DNA of 45,698 nucleotides, filler included, from Catajapyx aquilonaris (taxonomy: Eukaryota), in assembly GCA_000934665.2 (NCBI GenBank). It is 2 parts of 2 records of this genome, joined end to end, with 100 filler letters (N's around TTAATTAATTAA, not from the genome) between each part and the next. Parts side by side here need not be neighbours in the genome. Positions count along the whole stretch, not along the records: positions 1 to 22,789 come from JYFJ02005809.1; 1 more part is not named here. One strand, written 5' to 3'. The notes under the pieces are model-generated. The model saw nothing but the letters and a program-made list of their open reading frames with translations. It was not told the origin of the DNA and made no database searches. Positions 11,301-22,369 of the stretch are shown here, in pieces. The position numbers were made by a program, and so were the translations under genes. Every line of letters begins with the position of its first letter. The first letter of the stretch is position 1.

Positions 11301-12307
11301 CAGGATCTTCGGGAAAGGGGGAAAACTACTCACGCCCATTTGACACGGACAACTCTAAGGAAATATTCGGTGCTGCTGACACCTGGCTTCAGCCAGGCAG
11401 ATTGAAAGACTCACTATCAGATAACCAGGAAGTTTTACCTGAAGTAGAGGGGGAGTTGGGTCATGACCATCCGGACACTCTTAGCCCAAATAATAACATG
11501 GCAGTGGCGCTAGTGAATCAAGGAAATTTCAACGAAGCCTTGCGGTCATACAGGGAAGTTTTGAATAATATGGTACAAGTGTTGGGTCAGGACCATCCGA
11601 ACACCCTTAGCACAATGTATAACATAGCAATGGTGCTACAGAAGCAAGGTAATTACGACGAAGCCTTGCTGGCATACAGGGAGGTTTCGGAAAAGAGGGA
11701 GAAAGTGTTGGGTCATGACCATCCGGATACTCTTATGACAAAGAATATCGTAGCAGGGGTGCTATGGAAACAAGGTAATTACGGCGAAGCCTTGAGGGAA
11801 TATAGGGAGGTTTTGAATGAGCAGGAAAAGGTGTTTGGTCATGACCATCCGGACACTCTTAACACAATAAATAACATAGCAGAGGCGCTAATCAGTCAAG
11901 GAAATTACGCCGAAGCCTTGCGGGCATACATGGACGTTTTCGATAACCAGGAAAAGGTGTTGGGTCATGACCATCCGGACACCCTTGCGACTAAGAATAG
12001 CATAGCAGGAATGCTGTGGAAGCAAGTAAATTACGACGAAGCCTTACGTGTTTACAGGGACGTTTTGGAAAAAAGGGAAAAAGTGTTGGGTCATGACCAT
12101 CAGGACACTATTAACACAAGGGGCAACATAGCAGTGGTGCTACTGGATCAAGGGAAATACGACGAAGCCTTGCGTGTTTTCAGGGAGGTTTTGGAGAAGA
12201 GGGAAAAAGTGTTGGGTCATGACCATCCGGACACTCTTCAGACAAAGGTGACCATGGCTAATGTGCTATGCCGCCAAGGGGAGCACAACGAAGCCTTGTG
12301 GTCTTAG
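7769..12307 (+). CDS. Predicted 4-exon gene: ankyrin repeats + PERK-like eIF2-alpha-family kinase + 42-aa TPR array (875 aa), copy 1
   Basis: Exons 7769-8301, 8366-9292, 10119-10182, 11204-12307 = 2628 nt, one open frame. Introns GTAAGG..TTCCACAG (phase 2), GTGAGT..GTGCCAG (phase 2), GTAATC..TTTTTTTGCAG (phase 0). ATG in GACCATGG context with an upstream in-frame stop at 7748. The first five splice sites recur in copy 2; the exon 3 to TPR join cannot be cross-checked. Confidence 0.72.
8366..9292 (+). CDS. Exon 2: Ser/Thr kinase domain of the eIF2-alpha kinase family, most like PERK/PEK
   Basis: LGSGGFG, AIKRI, short insert, [64 protein letters not shown] closely follow PERK motifs ([20 protein letters not shown], HTGQVGTxLYMSPEQ). 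Confidence 0.92.
9656..9903. mobile_element. MITE with GAG...CTC ends and 4-bp TSD (Sola-like)
   Basis: TIRs GAGGGGTGTGGTGGAAAAAGGTGACAACCCTC and GAGGGCTGTCACGTTTTTCCACTCCACCCCTC; AGTT at 9652-9655 and 9904-9907. Confidence 0.7.
10119..10182 (+). CDS. Exon 3: 64-nt linker exon (W-LNTSGPGLPTAAVHLLQSSIE), absent from the ORF track in this frame
   Basis: Pyrimidine tract + CAG acceptor and AG|GTAATC donor; paralogous exon 21977-22037 has the same sites and differs in length by exactly 3 nt. Confidence 0.72.
10757..11120. mobile_element. Palindromic MITE-like element in intron 3
   Basis: ACAGCATGTTCTGAAT..CTGCCAAAATGAT pairs with ATCATTTTGGCAG..ATTCATGAACACGCTGT; inner CATGCCTGCATTGCTGGTTGCCGG pairs with CCGGCAACCAGGCATGCAGGCATG. 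Confidence 0.65.
11204..12307 (+). CDS. Exon 4: Ser/Gly-rich linker then seven 42-aa TPR repeats (kinesin light chain / nephrocystin-3 type)
   Basis: GGTCATGACCATCCGGAC (GHDHPD) or a close variant recurs every 126 nt at 11459, 11585, 11711, 11837, 11963, 12089 and 12215; degenerate eighth unit near 12341. No ATG start of its own in the track (TTG), but a strong acceptor at 11203. Confidence 0.9.
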   Translation, partial: DDNSSSVREQGAKEMDESTNEHGGSSGSHHSPAGSSGKGENYSRPFDTDNSKEIFGAADTWLQPGRLKDSLSDNQEVLPEVEGELGHDHPDTLSPNNNMAVALVNQGNFNEALRSYREVLNNMVQVLGQDHPNTLSTMYNIAMVLQKQGNYDEALLAYREVSEKREKVLGHDHPDTLMTKNIVAGVLWKQGNYGEALREYREVLNEQEKVFGHDHPDTLNTINNIAEALISQGNYAEALRAYMDVFDNQEKVLGHDHPDTLATKNSIAGMLWKQVNYDEALRVYRDVLEKREKVLGHDHQDTINTRGNIAVVLLDQGKYDEALRVFREVLEKREKVLGHDHPDTLQTKVTMANVLCRQGEHNEALWS

Positions 12308-12449
12308 GAAGGTTTTGGATAGGAGGGACAATTGTTGCGGGGTTATGAACCATCCGGACACTCTTCGGACAAAGCATTACATCTCCTTCGTGATGACTAA
12401 TAACAGAACAACTATACTTAGCAATGCCTAACTTTTGACATTGTGAAGT

Positions 12450-12685
12450 GTCTATAACTGTACTCCTTTCCTGATGACACCACTAAGGACCCCAAGGACA
12501 CCTGGGGAATAATCAGGTACAACCGAGCCTACAAGTACTCTGCACAAGAGGCAAGGTGGAGAAGGCATTTGGGATTTGGAAGATCAGATTCAGGGCAATG
12601 GGGTCGAAGCTTAGGATAATGCTGGACACTGATAAGGCCTACATAGTGGCACTCTAATTATGTGTCCTTCACAACATGGCAGTGG
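12450..12685 (+). mobile_element. Degenerate PIF/Harbinger (HARBI1-like) transposase fragment
   Basis: With frameshifts: YNCTPFLMTPLRTPRTPGE, IRYNRA, VEKAFGIWKIRFR, LCVLHNMA, matching Harbinger C-terminal motifs. Confidence 0.65.
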
Positions 12686-13949
12686 CTTGGGGTGATGGTA
12701 AGCTTCTTGAATATGCAATAATATCGAAATAGTGACATGTGATTCCCACAGACATGGACATTGGTTTGCTTTTTAGTCAGATGTAGCCCAGCCATTTAGA
12801 GTAAAACCTGCTTCTAACATACCCGGACACATTGGGAAAAACTTGGCCCATTGCAGTTTCGTACTTCTGTCGAATTTAACGGAATATGAACGGAAACCAT
12901 ATTATTCTGAAACGTTACAGACAGGTCTCACCGCTTGATAAGACAGAAAGAAACGCTTATTAGGGAATAGGCTTGGTCGCAGTGTATTTACCACACACAC
13001 ACAAACTTCCTATACAATGGCGGCATGTGAGTCCTGACAAACATTTCTTATGACTTGCTTCTTCTTTTTCAATATCTTGTTCTGTTGTAGGTTTATAGGG
13101 AGGAAAGAAAGGGGGATAGGAAGTGACGAAAAGTAGAGATGCCGAAGAAGATTTGAAGAACAGGGTCTAAATAATTTTATACTCCGATCAGGACAACTTC
13201 GAACCATCAGAAAATGTCCCTCAGTCAAGTGCGATGCAACATATTATATAGTACAACTTTTGTTATTAGCGTGAAAAAGTACATAACAATGTGAATGAAA
13301 TAATATTTAAAGCCATATTTGAAAAAAAACAATGAAAATCTATTTGAGTTCTAGGCGCGAAAATGAGCCGAATCTGCGAATTATTAAAAAAAATTAGATG
13401 ACCACATGAGTTACATGGACTGTTCTGGAATTTTAATTTTAAATTTAAGCAATAATAGTTGAACCCCTAATTTTAGAGTTGCAATATGGACTTTATAAAG
13501 AACAATAATTGCAAAATATTCTATTCAGTATCGATGATCCCATCAAATGGAGCACGACAACGCACGACAGCATTTAACTTCATAAGATGTTAATTATTGT
13601 AAACAAGCAGTGACTTCAATACTGTAATAAAAATTATTCTTTACAATTGCTCTAAAAATGTAATTACTGTATTAATAATATTAGCCTACACCACTTTCCA
13701 TTCTCTTCCTCTCGTAGCTTGAAATGTTTTTTAAAAATTAAAAATTTGCACAATATCTCAGATGATTTTCAGTTTGGCTTTCAAAATATTTATTCACATT
13801 ATTTTGCACCTGTTTAACCTGCAGATTCCTATATACCTCCTTATTTTGATCTAATTCTTCCCAACATTTCGCGAGACTTTGATTTTATTCTGTGCAGTCA
13901 AGGTTCGAAGTTGGAGTGTCCGGAGATTAGTTTGGAATAAGATCATCAA

Positions 13950-13958
13950 GAGAGTGAG

Positions 13959-14019
<61 letters not shown>
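13950..14019. repeat. (GA)n microsatellite
   Basis: Direct reading of the GA run. Confidence 0.95.
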
Positions 14020-14022
<3 letters not shown>

Positions 14023-14072
14023 TAAAAGGCGCCAAAAACAGTTCTCTTTCAACCCCCCCAGATAAAATAATA

Positions 14073-14382
14073 CTAGCAGGTTACCCGGCGTTGCCCGGGT
14101 AAGTTATGGTGGTAGGCCTACAATGTAATGAGGGCATTACCATGGAAATCTATGAATATTGTTAAATAGGTAATTGGCAATTGGTTAATTGGGAATATGC
14201 GTGTTATGGGTGTTAGGTACATTTTCGGAAGCTGAAACATGCGGCATTAAATTCCTTGAAAAATGTAGCTCCCGATATGCTCATTTAAGGCGGTGTAGGG
14301 GCCTTCCCCCGGATTTCTATAAGGGACAAACAAACTGACAAATTGACAAATTGACAAACTTCCTTATTTATAGAGATAGAGA
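14073..14382 (-). mobile_element. Non-autonomous Helitron-like element, copy A
   Basis: Minus strand: 5' TC, TTTGTCAA-type repeats, 3' hairpin ACCCGGGCAACGCCGGGT, terminal CTAG, between A and T with no TSD. Near-identical to 21548-21872. Confidence 0.85.
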
Positions 14383-14780
14383 TTCATATTTACCAGGCAC
14401 CCCCGAAAAAATAAAATAAGAATTATAGTAATATAATAACAAGTTTGCATGACTGGCCCCCCCTATTTAACCAGGGAGTCTCAGGTACTTATTCTTCGTG
14501 TCGACCATCGCACTTTTCGTGTCTGTTCCTCTCTCTCTGCCTTCTCGTATCCTTCTCGGCACTTTTAAAATATACATTTTAAAATCCCATTGTTATATTT
14601 CTTCTGAAAGTGGAAGTCCTTGTGTCCGTCCTCATCAAATGTCCCAGCAGCGATAACAGTTAACAACAACAACAACACTACCACCACCGCAGCAGCAGCA
14701 GCCAACAAAGAAAAGTATGTTGTCAGGATCAAATGGGGGTGAGGTCCATCAGTTATTTTGTGGAGCAAGGAAGGTCCTTT

Positions 14781-15292
14781 TTAAGATGGCCTGGTGCAGG
14801 AAGAGGCGACGCTGCTCGCTGGCGTCGCGTCGTGCTGCTGCCTCAGCACCTTCGTCAGCACGTCTGGCAGGTTCTCCAGCTGCTCTGGGGCAGCCCCCAG
14901 CTTGTCCTCCAGGGCCGTCAGTCGCTCCTCCACGTGTTCGTGGTGGCTGCTCATGTCCGCCACTATCTTTGACGCCTGCGTCTGGAACGCGTCAGTTCGC
15001 GTTAGTATTGCGCCCAAGATCAACGACCCAAATGTACCTTGGCCATGTCTGTGAGGGTGTTGGCGTTGTCCATCAGCTTCCGTTGATCCATCTTCACCTT
15101 ACGCAGCCTGCAGCAAGATAACCAAATCAGTCAACTGGGTCAGGAATGACCTGGCAGGGTCACTCACGCGTAGATGGCCAGCAGGAACTTCCTCTGGTGC
15201 GTCCTGACCCTGGAGGCGTTGACCCTCTTCACCAGCTTGGTGTACTTGTCGATAAGCCAAGTCTCGCGATGAATGTGGGTAGCAGTGTTAAT
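14781..15292 (-). pseudogene. SK: SK (KCNN) potassium channel 3' fragment, copy 2
   Basis: [85 protein letters not shown]...; both inner introns are GT..AG. First acceptor decayed; a 5-nt GACGC duplication shifts the last codons. Confidence 0.87.
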
Positions 15293-18200
15293 ATGTGTGA
15301 GGGAACGGGAAAGGACAAAAGGGATTAATTCGCCCTCAGAATATTCCTCTTCTTTTCCCGAAGTTAATCTTATCACTTGCTGGTGCTTTGTGACTGGATC
15401 AAAGAGGAATCGGGGATTGAGTGGACGATGTTACGAATCTAGCCGTTATTCAATATGCGATTTTTCCATCCCTTTCAACCCAACTCATTACCACTACCTA
15501 TAAAATAATGCGAGGCTTTAGAGGAAGACGTTAATAAGTGGTAATGATTGCTCTTTTAGACCTCGCTTGACCCCCGCTAGTTCAAGCGCACTTGTTATCA
15601 ACCTGATGTGTTTTATCACTATGGAGTCATGGTAACGGGAAGGAGATAATAATTATTATGTGAGTGTATAGATCGAAATACCGTTTGCGAACTAGTTTCA
15701 CGCCTCGTTAGTCGTTCCGCAGGGCGTCGATTATCCATTTTTTGACCCCCAAACTCATCACCTGGTGATGACTTTGGGCCAAAAATTCGGGTGGATAGGT
15801 CATCCTATCCATCGGAATATTTGGCCTCCTTTTTCCTCCGACAATAATTTCCCTTCTTTTTTCACTCACCGCACCCTCATTGCTATTATCAACTTCTTAC
15901 TCCGAGCTCTTCCCCCAGATATTAAATGCCCGAAAAATATTATTAGATCCCTGCAAAATGCCTCGCCACCTTCAGCCTCTGACCTCTTCCGACATTATTC
16001 ACGTGGCTGGAAAGTGACTGATAAATTTAATGAATAATAAGACAATGTTACATTCATTGAGACAATTGTTAAGGCGGAAATTTATTGGAGCAAAATATTC
16101 GTAGTTGTGTTTATAACTGGCACACACCGATTGGATATGAATATTATTGGCGGAATGGATCACCATTTTATCACCAGAAGCTACTTACTTTGTATATTAA
16201 ACACGTCGGATGAGGAAAAGTGCTGTCCTTCAGAGCTGCAAAATATAAAACTCGACCACACAAACTTGATAAGTACCTTCCGGTGATAAGAACAGTGAAC
16301 AAGAAGCGCGCAGTTCTGCAATTGAAATGCATGTGTGCAGTGTTATGCTGATTACGTCTTGTGAAACGTCACGAGAATCAAGGGTAAGTTGCTACAATCA
16401 CAATAATTTATCACAAAATTAGTTGTTACGTAAGGACAATCATAGAGTAAGCCTCATGTGCACTGTATGAGCCACTCGAATCCCCAAAAATGAACTGCAT
16501 GAACCATTCTTTTTTGTGGGGGGATTTGGGCCAAAAATTGTAAGTTGACTAGGTCTGAAACATAACTCGCAGAGTTTTTTTTGCGTATTGACATACGTAT
16601 AGATATGGAGTGCGAATCCATTTTGCTAAATGACAAAATTGGTTACATCGGAATGAGGCCTGACAGTCATGTCGAGCTGCACTCACGTAAAAACATTAAG
16701 GTTACAGCATTAAAAACACCTACACTTATATGAATCTGGTGAGTATTAATGTCAAAAAAAATTCAGCCAACCTGGCATACTAAATGACAAAGTAAGACTT
16801 ACCACTGTAATGTTTGTGACACTTGCGTCCATTCAGATGAGTTAATCCAGCTGGTCACGAAAAAGGTTCACTGAATCACTGAAATTCAGTAATCAGTCGA
16901 TCAAGTGAAGACGAACAGCATTATTCGACTGGAACTAGATCAAAGAAAGGTGCTTTTTCGCACCATTCGCCAATTACATCGTCTGCAATTATTTTGAGCT
17001 ATGGGAAAAGAGATTATATTACGAGCCGAAACATCATGCGCATTTCGACACTTTTCGACCAAAATGTGCGAAAACCCTGCTTGCTTAGCAATTAGGCGCA
17101 GTTTGAATTCAAAATATGTGATGGCGGAAAGATAAAATATTGGCGAAATAATCTGACCGATTTTGACGCACCTCAAATTTTGGCTCCATGCCGTGCGTTC
17201 CTGTGCGTTCGTTCCGCGTGGGGCTGTGTGGCAGACCTAGGGACGTCTGCGGGGCCACTGATCCAGGCGACGCCCGCGACGTCTCCTTCATCCCCCGGAC
17301 CACTCTCCCAACCCCACCTCCTACACTTCCGCGCATGACTTCCAACGCTCTATGCTCCCAAACTATTCCCCCAAATTCACTACAATGGGCCTACAGCTTA
17401 GTGCGAATATAATATTGTTTCTTCAATCGGAACACTGTCGCATTAGAGTTCTAAGCATGTTTTACAATTATTTGGAAGCAAGTCCTGATTTAATTGATTA
17501 TTGCATTTACTCGCGATCCTCGTCCCTCTTTTTGAACGCACTTTTATATGCTCGTTGGCATTTTTCTGTATGGAGCATCATACTCTGATTCTTCATACAG
17601 CGTGGATCTCTCACCCGGAGCGGCACTCTTGCGGTTGTATGCAAATCCCCTGGAAAAGCGGGCCCAGCAGGGAGCGCCCGATTTGTCATCCGGGTGACGT
17701 CAGCGGCTGCATCGCGCTGATTGGCCAGGCCCCTTGCAGCTCAACCTCCTCTCTTTTTACTCCTATAATAATTATACCTTGTCCTCTACAGTATTACTCA
17801 GAGATATATGGGAATCTGTTCATACTTTCACCGTTCATGTTTGAACTTTCTGAGCTTGCAGAGTGTTCATGCTTCCTGGTGTGGGCTGAAGAACTCAACG
17901 AGGAGCCATGGCATCTGAATCCGAGAGGGACAAGAAGTCCTGGAGCGAGTTGCATCTGGCAGCGAACATGGGAAATTTTCGCATAATCGAAGTCCTACTT
18001 CGGCGGGGAGAAGATGTGAACTCAAGGAGCAGCATACTCTACAGGACCCCGCTCATTTTGGCAACCAGAGTCCCAAACCTTCCGACCTGTGAGAAGCTGG
18101 TGTCTCACCCTGGATGCGACGTCAATTCGCAGGACCATTCCGGTGTGTCCGCCCTTCACGAGGCGGCTGAACGAGGCAGCGTGCAGGTGTGCCAACTTCT

Positions 18201-19933
18201 CCTTGACAACGGTGCCATGGTGGACATCCAGACAGACGATGTGTGTACCCCTCTGCATCTGGCGGCAAAGGCTGGTAAGCTGATGGTGGCCCAGCTCTTG
18301 CTAGAGAGAGGAGCTGACCCACTGGCCTTGAACGAAGAGAAAGTGATCCCATCACATCTCGAAAATGAGGCAGGACATACGCCTGTGTGGAGGGTCCTTA
18401 AGGATGTAGTGGACAAGGCTCAGAGACAGAGTGGAGCGAGGTAAGGGTAGCATGCTCAAGAGCACACAATTTTATGACTACGGGGGGGGGGGGGGGGGAN
18501 ATTATTCTCAATCCGACTCGTTCCTTCAACAGCAGAATAGAGCTGGCCGAAGAAGTATTCCCTTTGAAAAGGGGCTACCTGAAAAAGGACTTTGAAGTCT
18601 CGAGTTTTTTGGGCTCGGGAGGTTTCGGGTTGGTGTTTGAGGCTCTGGAGGTACCCACGAATCTGACGTGTGCTATCAAACGCATATGCCTGCAGAGTGC
18701 TACAAACAAACCCATGAGGGACGTTCGGGCCCTGATGGAGCTTCAACATAAGAACATTGTCGCCTTCTACGGATGCTGGAGGGAACAACCACTGTCCAAG
18801 GATCAAGGAGATTGGGACATGAAGCATTTCACAGAAGCTGTGTGCTCCAGGCAGATCTACCATCTGGAAACCACCCCCTACCTCTACGTCCAGATGGAAT
18901 TGTGCAGAAGACAGACCCTGGAGCATTACATCTCCAAGAACAGGAACGAAGTGAACCAGCCCGAGTTCCTCTCCTACTTCCTGCAGATAACTTCGGCCCT
19001 GAGTTACCTCCACGGAAGGGGCTACATCCACAGGGACCTGAAGCCTTCCAACGTCTTCTTCTCCATGGATGGTGTTGTGAAAGTGGGGGATTTTGGGATG
19101 GCTAAAGAGATCGCGGGCTATTCAGTCAGGAACTTGACCCACCAGAGCCACACTCGAGGAGTGGGCACCCTGTGGTACGTGAGTCCGGAGTAGCAGAATG
19201 GATATAAATATGACTACAAGAGTGACATATTCTCCCTTGGAGTAATATTCTATCTCGGGATGACCTCCTTCCCGAGCTAGTTCACCTTGAGTGATCTGGG
19301 TGACGCACTCACCAAGCTGAAGGCTGGTACTGACAATGTTCCTCCACATTTCTCCGAGCAAAATCCACAGTGTAGACAGAAGTTGCTTCTCTTGATGTGC
19401 AAGTATAAACCAGAAGAGAGGCCGGCTGCGGCTGAGATAGAAAATCGCGTCGGAATATGGTGAGTTCAGTTTAGTTATTATCAATTGTCTTAATCATTGA
19501 AAAATTACATCGAAATAATGCTTTACACACGTAGGGCGAAAAAGGGCAGTTTCAATCGCATGCGTTAACCGAGCTTTTCGCCAGTTGGTTTGTGAAATAC
19601 ACCTGTATTCTGGAATGAAAGTGGGGGAATCCAATGAAAAACCAATGAATGGGGACATCCCACATTATACTTGGGCAAGGTTAAGTCGATGTTACAATAT
19701 ATTGCACAGATTAGGTTGTTGATACCCAAGTCCGTTTCAACTTTTTATCAGATATTTCTGTGCAGGATACACCTTGATTACGCAAAACAACACAAGTCAA
19801 TTTTTTGCGAAAATTTGATTATCATGGGATGTGGTAGTCCTTGTCCATGGGCATAGGGTGATGGATGTCAGTTGCATGAGTAGGGCAGTAAACGGGACAA
19901 AGTTTGTACGTATGTGTGATGATTCCGAGTCTC

Positions 19934-19936
19934 TTT

Positions 19937-19967
<31 letters not shown>

Positions 19968-19995
19968 GTTTGTTTGTTTATTTATTTATTTATTA
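19934..19995. repeat. (TTTA)n/(TTTG)n microsatellite
   Basis: Direct reading. Confidence 0.85.
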
Positions 19996-21547
19996 TTATG
20001 ATTGTTGTTGTATAGTATTATTTTGATTGTTTATAAATAAAATTCTTGGAAAAGGTCAGGAAGAACAGCACAATTCCACATTGTAACTTACATGATCTCA
20101 ATAGTTAATTAATGTATTGAGTACCAAATTACATTTCTGGAAGCGTATGCCTGTCTACTAATATAGTCTAAAGTATGAACTCTCAGTCGTGAACGGTAAG
20201 CTCTGTGATCAGTTTTTTTGTCTCTCGTGAAATATTTGCATTTTGGGACTTGTGCTGTAGTTTTTCTTTCTCTCGATTCAATCACTTGAGTACAAATGGA
20301 CTTAAAATGATATCAATATTTAAGCGATATGCGTCATATGCCGCAGGACATGATAACACGGGGAAATAACTGGTTACTGATGGTAAAATCCGGTTGAATA
20401 TTGCTGTAAGCTATGTTATTGTTCATGTAATCAACTCCTAACAACTTAACAGTAACTCTCGCAAATGAAGCAAATTATATTATTTAACTGAGACAACGTT
20501 AGATTTCAGAATAATGAGGATTCATTACATTTCATACAAAAATTGTTTTATGAACTTTTAAGGATTTGACATTGCCATTTTTCCTCAGAATAGGTGCATC
20601 AGTTTTTAGTGTTGATTTACGTTTTCGTCCACAGTTCACACCTTTCGTTTTGGTGATATTGACCCCACTTTCATTGTGGACTTTCTCTAACCTTTAAACA
20701 CTTACTAGATTTGCTTATAGTCTTGTGGCAGCAGAAATCTCACGGACACTCATTGAAGCGTTTTTCTTAAGTTATAACATTTTGGCACTCTTTCTCGGCG
20801 AAATATCCGTATTGCAACCCTACACTGGAAGACTTCACAGAAGCCTCTTTTTTTGCAAAAACAACATATGCCAAAAATGGGCAAAAAAGAGTTATGATCA
20901 CCACCTCATAGTTCCCAGCCTTGCGCTCATAATGGTTCAACACCAATGCAAAAGGATAATTATATTGTCAAGGGGGAAAAATCGAGTTTAAAATTCATAT
21001 TATGCAATATAATCATATGTAAGTCATTCCGAGATGAATATACTGTATGTGGCATCAGTGTGTCCATAAGACAAACTATTATTTTCATCTGTGAAAGTCC
21101 TATTTTGAAGAGCAGGGATTGTTTCTTGTGTCTCCTGAAAAGTGATATTTTTTGACATACTGTATGTTGTTTTTGCAAAAAAGGCTTCGTCATATAGTGT
21201 ACTGTAGTGCTAGTAGAATACTATGTGTGAATAAATTGGGTGTGGCCATCCATAATGAATAAGTGACATATAGCGATTCATCATTCGTCGGGGTTCTGAA
21301 AAAACGGTAGATGCTGGGAAAACGAGCATTGCGGGGGCGAGTATAAAATATGAAAGATAAAGCGTCACACACTTGCCTGCATGACTGTATTTTCCATATC
21401 AAACCGCATAATTTGATTGAATCCAACCACGAACTGCACATGACAGGCACATGAGGCCAGAGTTACCATAGGCCCTACTATTTCCCTATATTCTCTGACA
21501 GTTGCTCCCTTAGATCCAACTTAGATCGTTAGATGTAATCGTGCTTA

Positions 21548-21872
21548 TCTTCTCTATCTCTATAAATAAGGAAGTTTGTCAGTTTATTTGTCAATTTGGA
21601 TGTTTGTCCCTTATAGAAATCCGGGGGAAGGCCCCTACACCGCCTTAAATGAGCATATCGGGAGCTACATTTTTCAAGGAATTTAATGCCGCATGTTTCA
21701 GCTTCCGAAAATGAACCTAACACCCATAACACGCATATTCCCAATTAACCAATTATCAATTACCTATTTACCAATATTCATAGATTTCCATGGTAATGCC
21801 CTCATTACATTGTAGGCCTACCACCATAACAATGACCATAACATACCCGGGCAACGCCGGGTAACCTGCTAG
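21548..21872 (+). mobile_element. Non-autonomous Helitron-like element, copy B
   Basis: A|TC...CCCGGGCAACGCCGGGTAACCTGCTAG|T; the paralogous position near 10014 in copy 1 is empty. Confidence 0.87.
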
Positions 21873-22260
21873 TTTGTTTTAAATGTGTCCAACTGACGCA
21901 CTGCTCAATTTTTAATGTTTTCCCACTCCCGTACTTGATATAGGTCGTTATAATCGTATTTTTCTGTTTGTTTCAGGCTGAGTGCCAGTGACCCAGGCCT
22001 TCCCACTGCTGGTAATTTACTTCAGTCGTCGAGACAGGTAATTGTTTCCCCTGTTCTCCCTCCCGCACTCTGCTTCCAATGCCACACAATAATATTAAAA
22101 ACTCCAGTCGTGTACGTATTGTAAAGTTAATAATATCACTTGTCTTGGGATTTTCACAAGGAACCTAGTCTTACCCTATATCTACCGAATGATGATGAAC
22201 TGAAGTGGCTGTTATTGGGAGTAGGGCTAATATGCACCATTGATTGACCAGTATGGAATA

Positions 22261-22360
22261 CAGTAAAACGTCAATATAACGCTGCAGCTTATAACACTAT
22301 CCCGCTTATAACGATACTTTTGGGTGGTCCCTTGAAGAGCGTTACATCGAGGTTTTACTG
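22261..22360. mobile_element. 100-bp pogo/Tigger-type MITE
   Basis: TA|CAGTAAAACGTCAATATAACGC...GCGTTACATCGAGGTTTTACTG|TA; absent at the paralogous site near 10420. Confidence 0.75.
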
Positions 22361-22369
22361 TACACAGTA

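Larger units (their letters stand above)
17908..22037 (+). pseudogene. Copy 2 of the ankyrin-kinase gene: exons 1-3, two premature TAG stops; TPR exon not in this contig
   Basis: Exons 17908-18440, 18533-19459, 21977-22037 with the same phases as copy 1. TAG at 19191-19193 (CAG in copy 1) and 19278-19280; no frameshift; exon 2 is 927 nt in both copies. Confidence 0.82.

Noticed and set aside
11459..12345. Regular repeat with variable intervals resembling a CRISPR array
   Set aside because: The period is 42 codons in an open TPR frame, the intervals are homologous to each other, and the context is eukaryotic with no cas genes.
17501..17986. 161-aa ORF overlapping the copy 2 start
   Set aside because: Non-ATG start, wrong frame relative to the ankyrin exon, and not conserved in copy 1.
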